From positions 64,001-128,000 of the forward strand of contig CAVYSY010000045.1 in NCBI GenBank assembly GCA_963771175.1: a DNA stretch of 64,000 bases, read 5' to 3'. A program made the translations under genes and the position numbers. This document shows positions 17,792-28,637 of this stretch, piece by piece. The number at the start of each line of letters is the position of its first letter. The stretch's first letter is position 1. The DNA is from an uncultured delta proteobacterium. Lineage in GTDB: Bacteria > Myxococcota > Myxococcia > Myxococcales > Myxococcaceae. Under the pieces are notes generated by a model. It saw only the letters and a list, made by a program, of their open reading frames with translations. It made no database searches and had not been told where the DNA came from.

Positions 17792-20700
17792 GGGCTCTCC
17801 TCGTCGAGGGTGATGGCGTGCTCGCCGTTGGAGACCAGGATGCTGTGCGACGTCCGCGGGACGATCGTCTCCGCGTCCGAGGCCGTCGCTTCCGTGGAGG
17901 GGTCGACGAGGTGCTGCACGTGGAAGTCGGACACGTAGTCCACGTAGGAGCGCCGTTCCACGAAGTGCAGCAGCGTGGAGCGGTGGAGCGCCCCGCCGAA
18001 GACGATATCCCTGCTCGTGTCGAAGGCCCAGGGAGAGAGGAAGGCGTTGAGCTCCTGCTTCAGCCGGGACAGGCACAGCGCCGGGTCATTGCCGCGGGTG
18101 AACCGCACCCGGAAGGCGAGCCGGATGGGCTCGTACTGGGGGTTCCTCACCTGCAGTTGGACGAAGGGGCCCACCAGCGGCTGGAGGAACCGGGCCACCT
18201 CCGCGAGCGTGGCCTGGCTCGTGTAGGGCATGAAGGGGTTGTGCCCCTGGCGTCCCACGAGGTTGGGAATGGTGACCACCGTCACCGAGCCGGGGGCGAT
18301 CTCCCGATTCGAGCCCCCCTCCAGCCGCGAGTGGTTGAGGCACTTCACCTTGTAGAGGGAGGGGAAGGACTCCAGCACCAGCGCCTCGTAGTCACGGGGG
18401 GTGATGGCCCGGTTCTTGTGGCGCAGCCGCTCGCTGGTGCGCCGGGCGAAGGAGAGGGGGGCCTCGGGAGCGCGGCCACCGAAGGACGCGACGGGCTGCT
18501 CGAGCTTCTTGATGGCGGCCTGCCGCTGCTCCAGCTTGCGGATGGTACCAGCGGGGAGCACGGTGGTGAGGTGGGCGGAGTGGTGCTCGGGATGGAGCAG
18601 TGTGGCGGTGGCCGCCTGCGCGCGCAGGGCGATGAGGCGGCAGGCGGCGGCGCTCCGCGCGGGGGCGGAGGCTCGGAGCCAGAAGCGCCCGGCGGGCAGT
18701 CGGCCGCCAGCATCGGTGGCCGTGGACGGCAGCACGATGCGCACCAGCCCCGAGTGGACGAGTCCGTGCGTGCCATCCCCGAGTGCCTCGCCCCGGAGTG
18801 CGTGGAAGCGCTGGTCCGAGCCCAGGTAGCTCCAGCTCACCTCGGCGGCATCGAGCGTCGGATCTCCACTGCCTTCCTCCGCCTGGACGAGGAGGGTGAT
18901 CCGCTGCCGCGGCTGGGTGTTCTCCAGGCCGATGTAGAGCTCCCCTTCGTTCGGGTGGGACGGCAGCCAGGGGGTGTTCTCCCCGATGACCTCGCGCGTC
19001 TCCCCGAAGGGGTGGAGGTGGAAGAGGCGGTCCTCGGAGGAGGTCGTCGCCCCGGCCTGGAGCACGGCGCGGGCGCCGTAGGACAGAGTGAGGGCGGCGA
19101 GTGTCGGGGTGATGGGGGGATGGGGCAGGAGTGGCAGGTCCTTGGTGTCCTGCGCTCGGGCGATGGCCATGACGGCCGAGGCGTGCAGCCGGGGGAAGAC
19201 ACGGTGGCCGAAGCCCTGCTGGGGCGCGGTGAGGCGGACACGCACGGTGTCGATGGCACGCGTGGACAGCAGCGAAGCGGGCACATCGAAGGTTTTCGCG
19301 CTGAAGAGGGGGCCTCGGGTGATGCTCCCTGGCGTGGCACCGGGCACCGGACCGAGCCCCACTGCCAACTCGACCCGGAAGAGCTCCCGGGGATCCCGCG
19401 GGGCTGGCTTGGGCACCCTCCGCTTCTCCGCATCCTCCTTGGCGGTGAGTCCTCCTTGGCGGTGAGTTCCTCCTTGGCGGTGAGTTCCTCCTTGCGACCC
19501 TGGGCGGGAGGTTGCAGCACATACGCCTGGTAGATCTCCGCGAGGTCGAGGTCGGGAGACGGATCCAACCAGTCCAACTCGAGCTTGAGGGAGGTGAGCG
19601 CCTTGGCTTTCAGCTCGGCGCACCGCACGGAGAAGGCGGATCCGGGCAGGGGCTGGGGCCCGAAGGGGGTGAAGGGTTTGGTCGGATCGGCGCGGCCGGC
19701 ATCCGTCTCCACCTGGATCTGTCGCGCGCCCTGGACGTGCGCATCGAGCTGGATCTGGGAGAGGGTGAACGCGGAGAGCGCGCCGTAGGTCTGGCCGCTA
19801 GATGCATTCTGCACCAGGAAGACGCGGCACACCGGCCACTCCGTATCCAGGGCACCGCCGTGGAGGTCGCGCTGATAGCGGATGATGGGCGGGTCCTCGG
19901 GGGCGAGCCGCAGGCCCAGCCGCAGGATGTTGCCGTCCAGCTTCACCGTGCGGGCTTCCAGGCCGTGCCAGCCCTTGGTGATGGAGAGCTCGACGCGGAA
20001 GAGGCGGGTCAGGTTGAGCGACTGGAGCGCATCCAGGGTTCCCGAGGGGGCATTCAGGGTCAGCGCGAGGGTGATGTCGCGCGTGCCCTCGGCCAGCAGC
20101 AGGAGGGGGGAGGCGAGCGCGAAGCCGATGGCGGCGGCGGAGTGGGTGTCGGAGCCGAGGGCGGGCCACCCGGGCTGTTCCGGGGGCAGCGGCTCGCCGA
20201 GGCCGTCGGCGGAGTTCGCGACGGGGCTGGCCGTGAGCACGCCCCGTGCGGTCTTGTGCACGGCGAGCAGCGGGCCCACCCGGGTGTGGTCCAGGCGCAG
20301 GTCGTCATCCAGCGCGTACCGGAGGAACTGTCCCTGGGCATCCTTCCCGCCGAGCAGGACGGTGCCCGCGGGGAGCACATGGGACTCCAGGTGGCGGGCC
20401 AGCTCGAAGGTGAGGAAGACGTGGTCGGCCTCGGACTGGCGAGGCCGGAGCCGCAGCACCTCCTGGTAGTAGTACTCGAGGTGCCGGGCGGTGAGTCCGT
20501 TCAGGCTGTCGAGCGCGTAGCGGAAGAGGTGGAGGAACGTCAGCAGGAGGGCCATGGGCGGCTCGTGCCGGGGCCAGTCCGTGAGCGTCTTCTCCAGGTC
20601 CGCCGCCGCCACGTCCGCCATCCGCGCGAGCGTGCGCGGGAAGGACTCCATCAGCGGGCGCAGGTACTCCAGCGCTCGGGCCAGCTTCTCCACCTCGGGG

Positions 20701-21368
20701 GCGCTCGGGTCGCTGGCCCGGGCACCGAAGGCCTGGAGGTTCGCCCCCACACCCGCCACGAAGTCCGCCCACGAGGCGGTGCCGGGCGGCCACCAGTGGG
20801 GGCCGAGCCCCACCGCCAGCACCTGCTCGGCGCTCACCTGGGTGCCCGCGGGCGAGGCGGCGAGCAGCCCCAGCTCCCCGGCCGCTTTGTGGATGCCGAT
20901 GAGGAGCTGGAGATCCGCGCGGAGGCCCCCGCGCACCTGCTGCCAGAGCACGTCGGGGAAGGCGAGCTGCTCGGCTCCGAGGACGGCCCACCCGTCCAGC
21001 CGGAGCGCGAGGGCGAACAGCGCGTCGAGCAGCTCGCGGAAGGGCTTCCGACCCCCCGGGCGGAGGACGTCGTCGGCGAGTGCCAGCAGCTTCCGCCGCT
21101 CGCGCTCGGCGTCCTGGGCCGCAACCGCCGCGGCCGCGCTGCTCACGTCCCGCTCGACGAAGGGGGCCCAATCGCCCGCGGGCTGGTTGGTGAGATCGAA
21201 GTAGCGGAGCTGCCGGGCGTACTTCCGCAGGTACTCGAGGTAGGCGGCCGTATCCCGCCCGTCCACGGGAGCGGAAGCCGGGTCCAACGCCGGCAGGGCG
21301 CGGGAGGCCTGGCTCGTTCCGTCGCGCACCAACGGATTGGGGCTCTGGCAGGGACAGGTCCGGGTCAT
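17788..21368 (-). CDS. eCIS baseplate J/gp47-like protein (Afp11-like), frameshifted at ~19450
   Basis: N-terminal RDGTSQ..R..PAL and HLEYYYQEVL; C-terminal SERLRHKNRAITPRDYE. The two halves lie in different frames joined at an 18-bp repeat. Confidence 0.85.
19436..19493 (-). repeat. 18-bp tandem repeat (GAGGAACTCACCGCCAAG x3, encoding EELTAK); third copy lacks one A
   Basis: Read directly: tccttggcggtgagt(t)cc units on the + strand. Confidence 0.9.
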
Positions 21369-21808
21369 CGCTCGAGGTTCGTGCCTTCGCGCACGTAGTA
21401 GGGGAAGACGTAGTTGTGGCGGCTGTTCGTCGTGCGGATGAGGTACTCCAGCAGGATGTCGATGCGGCCCTCCTGGGGGACCGGAGTGAGCCTCAGCGAC
21501 TCCAGGCGGATGCGCGGCTCGTGGTACAGGATGGCCGTGCGGACGAGATCCTTCACATAGGCCTCCGCCGAGGCGTCCGCCGGCTCGAAGAGCAGGTCGT
21601 TCAGGTCGCACCCGTACTCGGGTCGCATCAGCCGCTCGCCCAGCGCCGTGCTGAGGAGGATCTCCAGGCTGCCCTCGATGTCCTCCACGCCATGCACCAT
21701 GACGACCGTCCCCGCCTCGCGCATGAAGGTGGGGGGAAAGCTCCACCCGCGGCCGAGGAAGGAGTCGGGGCCGGGGACGGGTTGCCCTCTGCGGCGTCCG
21801 TCCTTCAT
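21365..21808 (-). CDS. GPW/gp25 family baseplate protein (Afp9-like)
   Basis: FLGRGWSFPP, GERLMRPEYGC, HEPRI, NYVFPYY. Confidence 0.92.
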   Translation of the reverse strand: MKDGRRRGQPVPGPDSFLGRGWSFPPTFMREAGTVVMVHGVEDIEGSLEILLSTALGERLMRPEYGCDLNDLLFEPADASAEAYVKDLVRTAILYHEPRIRLESLRLTPVPQEGRIDILLEYLIRTTNSRHNYVFPYYVREGTNLER

Positions 21809-22083
21809 CCGAGTTGCACCGTGGGCGAGCCGACCGCCGCCATGGCCCCGCATGCGCAGGTGTCCGAGGTGCGCAGCGCGGGCATTCCGCCGATGAGGAC
21901 CGTCGAGCTCCCGCTGGGGAAGGGGCCCGCGGTGGGTTGGTGGGTGTTGGGAGGCAGGGAGCAGACGTGCGTGTCGCCCGCCACGGCCGCTGGCATGCCG
22001 GCGATGAGGACGGTGGAGACGCCGGGGCCCACGATGGTGCCGCCGTGATTGGTGGTGTCTCCGACCCGGGCTGCTGGGGGCAT
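21805..22083 (-). CDS. PAAR spike-tip protein (Afp10-like)
   Basis: PPAARVGD, PAAVAGD, PALRTSDTCACG. Confidence 0.95.
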   Translation of the reverse strand: MPPAARVGDTTNHGGTIVGPGVSTVLIAGMPAAVAGDTHVCSLPPNTHQPTAGPFPSGSSTVLIGGMPALRTSDTCACGAMAAVGSPTVQLG

Positions 22084-22101
22084 TGCGTGTACTCCTCGTT
22101 C

Positions 22102-23823
22102 TCAGTTGATCTGCACCAGGGAGCCCTTGAGCACCGCGGTGGCGCTGGACGACACCTCGGCGCCGCCCGAGCCCTCCGCCTTGAGCTGCGCGCTGGCCTT
22201 CACGTTCACGTTGACGCCCTCGATGCTCACGTCGCCCTGGGCCTTGAGTGTCAGGGTCCCGGCGCTCTCCACGGTGATGCCGTCACTGGAGAGTTGGATC
22301 TTGTTTCCATTCTGGTCCTCGATGAGGACGCCCTGCTCGTCGTCGCTGAGCACCAGGGTGTTGCCGCCCGGCGTGGCGAGCGTCATCACCTTCTTCTCGT
22401 CGTCGAAGAGCAGCTTCAGCTCCGAGCGGGTGACGATGCCCTTCTGATGGTTGTCATCGCTGGCGGGGAGCGGCGAGGGTTTGGCGCTGCTGTGGAGCAT
22501 GCCGAGCACCACCGCGTCCCGGGGATCCTGCTGGATGAAGCCCAGCACCACTTCGTCGCCGACCTCCGGGCGGAAGACGCTGCCCCGGTTCTCGCCCGCG
22601 TCCAGCAGGGCCAGGCGCGCCCAGACGCCCGGTGAATCGGCCGAGACGATGGGGAGTTGCACCTGGATGCGCTCCTCGCCGTCGGGATCGTCCTGGAGCG
22701 CCGTCACCACACCCACCTGCAGGCCATGGAAGGGGGGCACCAGGCCCGCGGCGGGCGGGGCCTCCGCTGGCGTCGAGTCCCGGAAGCCCTCGGGCGGCAG
22801 GCCGAACTGCAGCTCCGTGTCCCAGTTCTCGGCGGAGAGCTGGTGGCGCACGCCCGTCACGTAGGCCTTCCCCGAGAACCGCTCGCCCACGCCGAGCAGC
22901 TCGACGAGCACCCCGGGCTTGAGGCTCGCATTGCCCTGGCAGGCCGCGCGGCCTCGCACCAGGGCCATGCGGCTGCGCAGCAGGCGGCCCGCGGCCCAGG
23001 CCTTGAGCTCCTCCTCCGAGAGCCTGCCTCCGTGGCGGAGCGCCACTGGCCCGTGGCCGATGACCCCGGCCAGCTCGGAGGCGCTCTGGTTGCCCGGGAA
23101 CGTGAAGGACGGCTCCTCGCCCTCGGCCGTCAGCAGCGCCTGGTTCTTCGGATCCCACGCCTCGCCCGTGGTGCCCTCGAGCTGGTGGCGGGCATCCGTC
23201 TCCGCCTCGATCTCGAAGAGCTCCTGCCCGAAGGTGAGCTGCACCACCGCCTTGCCGGAGGCCTTCGGCTTCTCCACGGCGACGGTGCCGTCCTCCACGC
23301 GCACGACGAGCCCGTTGGCCTCGGCGCGCTCCAGGAGGAAGTCCCAGTCGCTCACGTCCACCTGGACCATCTGCACGTGGGTGACGGAGGTGCTCGCCAC
23401 CTGGGCCCGCACGTCGTTGCGGCCGAGCAGCTCGGAGAGGATGTCGCTGTCGGTCATGTCGTTGTAGATGGCGCTCCGGCGTCCGATGGTGGCCTTCACG
23501 GCCTTGTCCCGACACTCCACCGTGAGTGTGCAGCGACCGCCGCGCCGGGCGCGGATGGCGTGGCGGAGCACCAGCCCCTTGAACAGCACCTTCTCGTCGT
23601 CATGGTATCCGGCGCGGATCTCCAGCACGCGCCCGGGGGCGAAGAGCGGCTGCCCACTGAGCGGGAAGTCCGAGGTGGAGGGATCTCCATCCTGCAGCAC
23701 CACCTGGGCGGTGGGGACGCGGTTGAGCGCGCGCGTCACCACGACCGACAGGACGTGGTGCTCCTGGGTGACCTCCTGGTCATCCGAGAAGAGCCGCAGG
23801 CGGATGAGATCGGGCGAGGGCAT
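22102..23823 (-). CDS. VgrG/gp5-like spike protein (Afp8-like)
   Basis: SDWDFLLERAEANG, WARLA, FRPEVGDEVVLGF, beta-helix C-terminus ending KGSLVQIN. Confidence 0.92.
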   Translation of the reverse strand: MPSPDLIRLRLFSDDQEVTQEHHVLSVVVTRALNRVPTAQVVLQDGDPSTSDFPLSGQPLFAPGRVLEIRAGYHDDEKVLFKGLVLRHAIRARRGGRCTLTVECRDKAVKATIGRRSAIYNDMTDSDILSELLGRNDVRAQVASTSVTHVQMVQVDVSDWDFLLERAEANGLVVRVEDGTVAVEKPKASGKAVVQLTFGQELFEIEAETDARHQLEGTTGEAWDPKNQALLTAEGEEPSFTFPGNQSASELAGVIGHGPVALRHGGRLSEEELKAWAAGRLLRSRMALVRGRAACQGNASLKPGVLVELLGVGERFSGKAYVTGVRHQLSAENWDTELQFGLPPEGFRDSTPAEAPPAAGLVPPFHGLQVGVVTALQDDPDGEERIQVQLPIVSADSPGVWARLALLDAGENRGSVFRPEVGDEVVLGFIQQDPRDAVVLGMLHSSAKPSPLPASDDNHQKGIVTRSELKLLFDDEKKVMTLATPGGNTLVLSDDEQGVLIEDQNGNKIQLSSDGITVESAGTLTLKAQGDVSIEGVNVNVKASAQLKAEGSGGAEVSSSATAVLKGSLVQIN

Positions 23824-23832
23824 GGGGCGGGC

Positions 23833-24507
23833 TCAGGAGGACTTCGTGACGAGCGGCGGCATGCGGAGCACCTGGCCGGGACGCAGGTCCCTCAGGTGTC
23901 GCAGGCCGTTGAAGCGCGCCACGTCCACGGTGAACGCGGTGCTGCCGTAGATGCGCTGGACCATGAGGGGGAGGGTGTCTCCCTGGTGGAACACCCGCTC
24001 GTGAGTCATGTCGGGGGACGAGCGCCCCTCCTCGGCCGCGCGCAGGGTGTCCTCGATGGCCTCGGAGAAGATGGCCGTCACCTTGGCCCGCAGCGGGAAG
24101 CCGTCCGGCTTGAACAGGCTGTACTGGATGTCCGCCGACTTGAGGACGCACCGCACGACGAGTGGCCCCCAGCTCAGCTTGAGGTACAGCGGGCGGTGGA
24201 TGTCCCCGTTGAGCTTGCCGGTGAGGGCGAGGAACACCCGGATGTCCTCGGCCACCTCGCGCCGCTTGGAGGCCACGCCCGTCCCATCGAACACCAGCTC
24301 GAAGGTGTACTCCTGCGGCTTGATGCGGCCGAAGCGCTGCGAGGTACCGCTGGTGCCCTGGCCCTGGCCCTGGCCGTACTCGATCTCGTACTTGGACGAG
24401 TAGGTGGCTGGATTGAAGAGCACGAAGAACTCGTCCTGCTTGTCGCTGGCCTCGCACGTGATGGCCTTGTACGCCTCGATCTTCAGCTTCTTCAGTTCGC
24501 CGCTCAC
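23833..24507 (-). CDS. CIS tube initiator with LysM-like domain (Afp7-like)
   Basis: FNPATY, LFKPDGFPLRAKV, SSPDMTH, GDTLPLM...YG...VARFNGL. Confidence 0.88.
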   Translation of the reverse strand: MSGELKKLKIEAYKAITCEASDKQDEFFVLFNPATYSSKYEIEYGQGQGQGTSGTSQRFGRIKPQEYTFELVFDGTGVASKRREVAEDIRVFLALTGKLNGDIHRPLYLKLSWGPLVVRCVLKSADIQYSLFKPDGFPLRAKVTAIFSEAIEDTLRAAEEGRSSPDMTHERVFHQGDTLPLMVQRIYGSTAFTVDVARFNGLRHLRDLRPGQVLRMPPLVTKSS

Positions 24508-24526
24508 GTCTCGCTCCTCGCGACTC

Positions 24527-24691
24527 TCACCGCTCGCGCCGCTCCCGCAGGATGCGCATCACCTCTTCCACGCACTCGGCGACGAGCTCGTTGCGCTCGT
24601 CCTCGTGCCGCTGCGGGGCCGGGCGCTGGGGGTCCGGCTCTTGCGGACGGACCGTCATCTTGATGACCAGCTCGCGGATCTCGACCGGCAT
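24527..24691 (-). CDS. Small eCIS protein (Afp6/DUF5908-like)
   Basis: MPVEIRELVIK...LVAECVEEVMRILRERRER. Confidence 0.85.
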   Translation of the reverse strand: MPVEIRELVIKMTVRPQEPDPQRPAPQRHEDERNELVAECVEEVMRILRERRER

Positions 24692-24699
24692 GCTCACTC

Positions 24700-25131
24700 C
24701 TAGATGCGGGTGAAGTGGCTGTAGGCCAGCTCCAACGTCTCCACCACGATGGCGTTCTCCTGGGCCTTGAAGTCCGACAGCGCCCACTTCACCGGCCACG
24801 CCCGCTCGAAGCGCCAGGCCACGAGCGGCGCGTGCTCCTCATTGAGCAGCGTCACGTTCACCGTCACCGGTTGGAACTGGAAGTGGAGGATGGCGTCCTC
24901 ACACCATTCCACGAGCTTGGAGTCCGTCACCAGCCCGCGCCGGAGGACGAGGTTGCCGTACTTCGCCCGGCCGGGGAGCCGGTGGGTGAAGCGGTTCTCA
25001 CCGCCTTCCTCCAGCTCCTCGACTCCCAGCTCCGCGGCCAGTCCGGCCACCTCCTGGAAACGGGAGTCGATCTCCTCCGTCCCCAGGTCGAGGAAGTCCA
25101 CCCGGAAGTGGAATCCAACCGGTGGGTACAT
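24700..25131 (-). CDS. T4 gp19-like tail tube protein (Afp5-like)
   Basis: YPPVGFHFRV, EGGENRF, LVLRRG, AWPVKW. Confidence 0.92.
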   Translation of the reverse strand: MYPPVGFHFRVDFLDLGTEEIDSRFQEVAGLAAELGVEELEEGGENRFTHRLPGRAKYGNLVLRRGLVTDSKLVEWCEDAILHFQFQPVTVNVTLLNEEHAPLVAWRFERAWPVKWALSDFKAQENAIVVETLELAYSHFTRI

Positions 25132-25135
25132 GCGC

Positions 25136-25567
25136 CTATCCGTTCCGGATGGTCAACCCTTCGTGGGCGACCTCGATGGACTCGATGGCGATCTCGTTGC
25201 CGGTGGCCTTGAGCGCGGGGCCCTCGATCTTCACCGGGAAGGCGTTCTTCGCCGTCCACGTCATCACCGGCGCATGCTCCTCGTTGAGCAGGGAGATGAT
25301 GAGATCTCTGCGCTCCACCTTGTTCATCTTGGTGGTGTTGAGCCACTCGAAGAACTCGTTGTCGCCCTTCACGACGCCGCGCTTGAGGGTGATGTTGTTG
25401 TACTTGGGGATGCCGGGCTGCTTGAGCGGCGAGTACTCCTGCATCATGCCGTCCCGGTACTCGATGACCTGGTGCTCGATGTTGAGGCCGGAGACCTCCG
25501 AGAAGCCCAGGTTGGTCCCACCCCACGTCACCTGGAAGTGGAAGACCGGAAGAGGATAATTCGCCAT
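25136..25567 (-). CDS. T4 gp19-like tail tube protein (Afp1-like)
   Basis: YPLPVFHFQV, FSEVSGL, NITLKRG, AFPVK, EIAIE. Confidence 0.93.
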   Translation of the reverse strand: MANYPLPVFHFQVTWGGTNLGFSEVSGLNIEHQVIEYRDGMMQEYSPLKQPGIPKYNNITLKRGVVKGDNEFFEWLNTTKMNKVERRDLIISLLNEEHAPVMTWTAKNAFPVKIEGPALKATGNEIAIESIEVAHEGLTIRNG

Positions 25568-25608
25568 CGCGAGACTCCTTGATCAGTCGGATTGGTGGAG
25601 CCGCCTGG

Positions 25609-27546
25609 CTAGGCGGTCTGCATCTTGTGGGAGAACTTGAGGACGATGAACTCGGCGGGCCGCACCACGGCCATGCCGATCTCCACGTTCATCCGGCCCT
25701 CGAGCACGTCCTGCGGCGTCATGGTCACCCCGAGACCGATCTTCACGAAGAAGGCCTCGTCGGGCTTGGCACCCGTCAGTGCGCCGTCGCGCCACTTCTG
25801 GGTGAGGTAGTTCTCGATCATCGACTGGACCTTGATCCAGGTGTTGGCGTCGTTCGGCTCGAAGACGGCCCAGTAGGTGGACTTTTTGATCGACTCCTCG
25901 GCCATGTTGTAGAAGCGCCGGACGGAGATGTAGCGCCACTCGTTGTCGTTGCCGGAGAGCGTGCGGGCGCCCCACACGAGCGTGCCCTTGCCGGCGAACG
26001 CGCGGATGGCGTTGATGGACTTGCCGGCGTCCACGTCGACGTTGAAGTTCTCCTGGTCCCTGGAGTCGAGCTTCACCACCGGCTCCACCACCGAGGAGAG
26101 GCTGGTGTTGGCCGGCGCCTTCCACACGCCGCGGCTGTTGTCGACGTAGGCGTAGATGCCCGCCACCGCGCCGCTGGGAGGCAGCACCGCCGCCTCGCGC
26201 CCGAGCGCCTCGAAGGCGCGCTGGAGGATCGGGTTGGTGGAGCGGAGGATCTCCTCCTGGCTCTCCACGGTGCGAGCCGCGGAGTCCTCGAGGGTGGTGA
26301 GGAGGCCATACATCTCCTCGAAGAGGGCACGGAAGGCGGCGCGGCCGTTCTGCACGGCCTCCTCCTCGTCGGCGGGAGTGGTGGCGCCGTAGATCTTCCG
26401 ATCGTCCGCGGTGACCGCCGCGGCGTTGGGCAGGGTGTAGCCCGTGAAGTCGGCATCGACGATGACGCCGAGTGGCGTCGCCGGGCCGGCGGCGTCGTAG
26501 TCGAACGCGAGATCGTACCGCTTCAGCTTACGCACCAGCTCCTCGAGCCGCGCGTTGGGGGTCACCAGGGTGGTGGTCGCCGTCTTGAGCTGGTCGTTCT
26601 GGAGGCCGGTGGCGTAGGTGCGCAGCCGCTTGGCGAGCTCCTTCATCACGGTGGCGTAGTGGACGAGCTCTGCCTTCGTGTCCCGATCGACCGCAGCCAC
26701 CGTCTGGAAGTACTTCGGATAGGTGGTGTCCGAGCCCTCGGCGTCGTCGAGCGCCGCCTGGAGGGTGGTGGCGTCCGCGAGCGCCCTGTCGAGCTGTTCC
26801 ACGGACCTCCGCGCGGTGCCCGTCGAGCCGCTGAGGTTCGCCAGGGAGACGGTGCTGCCGCCCTTCGTGAAGGTGATGTCCTTGTAGCGGATGGAGAAGG
26901 GCAGGGTGGTGCGGACGTAGGGGAAGTACGCCGCGCCGTACTTGAGCGCCTTCATGCCGATGCCGTTGCGGAACGTCCCGGCCATCTCCTCCGGCGTCTT
27001 CGCGGCGTTGTACTTCACGTCGAGGATGGCGAACCGGTCCTGCAGCTCCTCGCACTGGGCCAGCATCTTCTGCTGGACCTCGGCGAGGTCGTTGTCTCCC
27101 AGCAGCGCCGCATCGGGGATGACGATGAGCGTCGGCTCGTCCTCCTTGCGGAGCGCCTCGAGGCCCGCGAGCAGCTCCGCCTTGCCGATGGTGCCGTTGC
27201 CATAGGCACCGACGGAGATGATGTAGCAGGGGCCGCCGCCGTTATCGAAGAAGAGGCGGAGGCTGTCGTAGAGGTAGTAGCGGGGGTTGATGGCCGTCCC
27301 CCGGACCCCGTTGTCATCGTCGAGCGTGACGGTGACCGACTGCGGCGAGGCCGAGCCGCCGAAGTACTGCTGGTACTCGAGCAGGTTTTTGATGCGGAAG
27401 GGCTGCTTGAGGAGGCTCGTCCCGTTGCGGTCGGCCTTCTCGGTGTAGCCAATGAATGCCGGGATGGCGGTGGCCACCTCGGCAACGGAAGGAGGCAACA
27501 GCGAGACCTCCTTGATGTAGACGTCCGGGGTCTTGTAGGTGCTCAA
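25609..27546 (-). CDS. Contractile tail sheath protein
   Basis: YKTPDVYIKE, TAIPAFIGYT, PPSGAVAG, RGVWKAPAN, VWGART, WRYISVRR, RPAEFI. Confidence 0.95.
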   Translation of the reverse strand: MSTYKTPDVYIKEVSLLPPSVAEVATAIPAFIGYTEKADRNGTSLLKQPFRIKNLLEYQQYFGGSASPQSVTVTLDDDNGVRGTAINPRYYLYDSLRLFFDNGGGPCYIISVGAYGNGTIGKAELLAGLEALRKEDEPTLIVIPDAALLGDNDLAEVQQKMLAQCEELQDRFAILDVKYNAAKTPEEMAGTFRNGIGMKALKYGAAYFPYVRTTLPFSIRYKDITFTKGGSTVSLANLSGSTGTARRSVEQLDRALADATTLQAALDDAEGSDTTYPKYFQTVAAVDRDTKAELVHYATVMKELAKRLRTYATGLQNDQLKTATTTLVTPNARLEELVRKLKRYDLAFDYDAAGPATPLGVIVDADFTGYTLPNAAAVTADDRKIYGATTPADEEEAVQNGRAAFRALFEEMYGLLTTLEDSAARTVESQEEILRSTNPILQRAFEALGREAAVLPPSGAVAGIYAYVDNSRGVWKAPANTSLSSVVEPVVKLDSRDQENFNVDVDAGKSINAIRAFAGKGTLVWGARTLSGNDNEWRYISVRRFYNMAEESIKKSTYWAVFEPNDANTWIKVQSMIENYLTQKWRDGALTGAKPDEAFFVKIGLGVTMTPQDVLEGRMNVEIGMAVVRPAEFIVLKFSHKMQTA

Positions 27547-27562
27547 GGCATCTCCTTTGGGC

Positions 27563-28636
27563 TCACAGCTGGACGTAGATGTCGGACACGAGCTGCTCGG
27601 ATGGGGGATCGGCGCGCTTCAGGGTGTTGCGTGGGGCATTGGGAAGGTGGGGCAGCAGCACTCCCCGACGGTTCTCGAGGCCCGTGCCGCGCAGCGAGGA
27701 CTCGTGGAAGGGCAGCACGGTGCTGGACTCGAAGCTCACCACGCTCTTTCCCGGGAAGAGCTCGGCGACCCCGGGGAACGAGGCGCGCGGGAAGGTGACG
27801 CCGCGCGGGTAGGGGGCCGGGGCGTCCGCCGGGTAGCGGATGGCGAGGGTCGCGAGGTCGGCGTAGTTGCTCGGCACCACGACGTGGTAGCGCCAGCGCG
27901 TGGAGCGGCGGCGGAAGCTGGCGGTGAGCTCGACCGGGGCAATGGCCTGCTTGCCATTCACCAGCCGCCGCGGTGGCCAGCTTCCCCCGAGGGGCCGCAG
28001 CTCGAGGAGGGCGAAGGGGCCCAGCGCGGGAAGCTCCGCGTCGACGAAGAGCGACTCCGGAGGCGCGGCACCCACCTTCAGCCGGGCCAGGCCCCGGAAA
28101 TCACCGAGGGCGAGCGGGAGGTCGAGCGTGTCACCCTCGAAGGAGGGCACCGGCGCGCGGGCAAGCTCGGTGCCGGCCTCGCTCTCCACCACCACCGCGG
28201 AGCCCATGGCCGCTCGCGGCACCGTCACCGTGAGCTGAGGAGGGCACAGGCGGGCCTGGTCCGCCGAGCCGACAGTGGCTCCCGCGGTGAGCGCCGTCGA
28301 GCCATCACGGTTGCGCAGCAGGTAACGCTGGCGCGAGCCTCCCTCCAGCGGCAGGTCCGTGAAGTAGAGGAAGTCTGGCTGGGCGAGCGTCAGGGCGAAG
28401 ACGAGCCTGCCCCCCACGTCGAGGGGGAATCGGGCCTGGACGTTGCCCGCGCCGTCGGCCTCCACCGGACCGATCAGGGTGAAGCCATCCGCGCGAGGCA
28501 GGAGCCGCAACTGGCGCGCGGCGAGCAGGGCCAGCGTGGAGGCCGTGGGCATCACCCGCAGGTCCGGGCAGACGCCGCTCCGGTAGTAGTCGTGCTGGAA
28601 GCGGACCTCCAGGAATCGCTCGAAGCCCCGGTTCAT
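27563..28636 (-). CDS. eCIS-associated hypothetical protein (putative cap adaptor)
   Basis: Lies between the DUF4255 cap and sheath genes. HDYY N-terminal motif, TRWRY and LPN motifs. Confidence 0.55.
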   Translation of the reverse strand: MNRGFERFLEVRFQHDYYRSGVCPDLRVMPTASTLALLAARQLRLLPRADGFTLIGPVEADGAGNVQARFPLDVGGRLVFALTLAQPDFLYFTDLPLEGGSRQRYLLRNRDGSTALTAGATVGSADQARLCPPQLTVTVPRAAMGSAVVVESEAGTELARAPVPSFEGDTLDLPLALGDFRGLARLKVGAAPPESLFVDAELPALGPFALLELRPLGGSWPPRRLVNGKQAIAPVELTASFRRRSTRWRYHVVVPSNYADLATLAIRYPADAPAPYPRGVTFPRASFPGVAELFPGKSVVSFESSTVLPFHESSLRGTGLENRRGVLLPHLPNAPRNTLKRADPPSEQLVSDIYVQL

Positions 28637-28637
28637 G

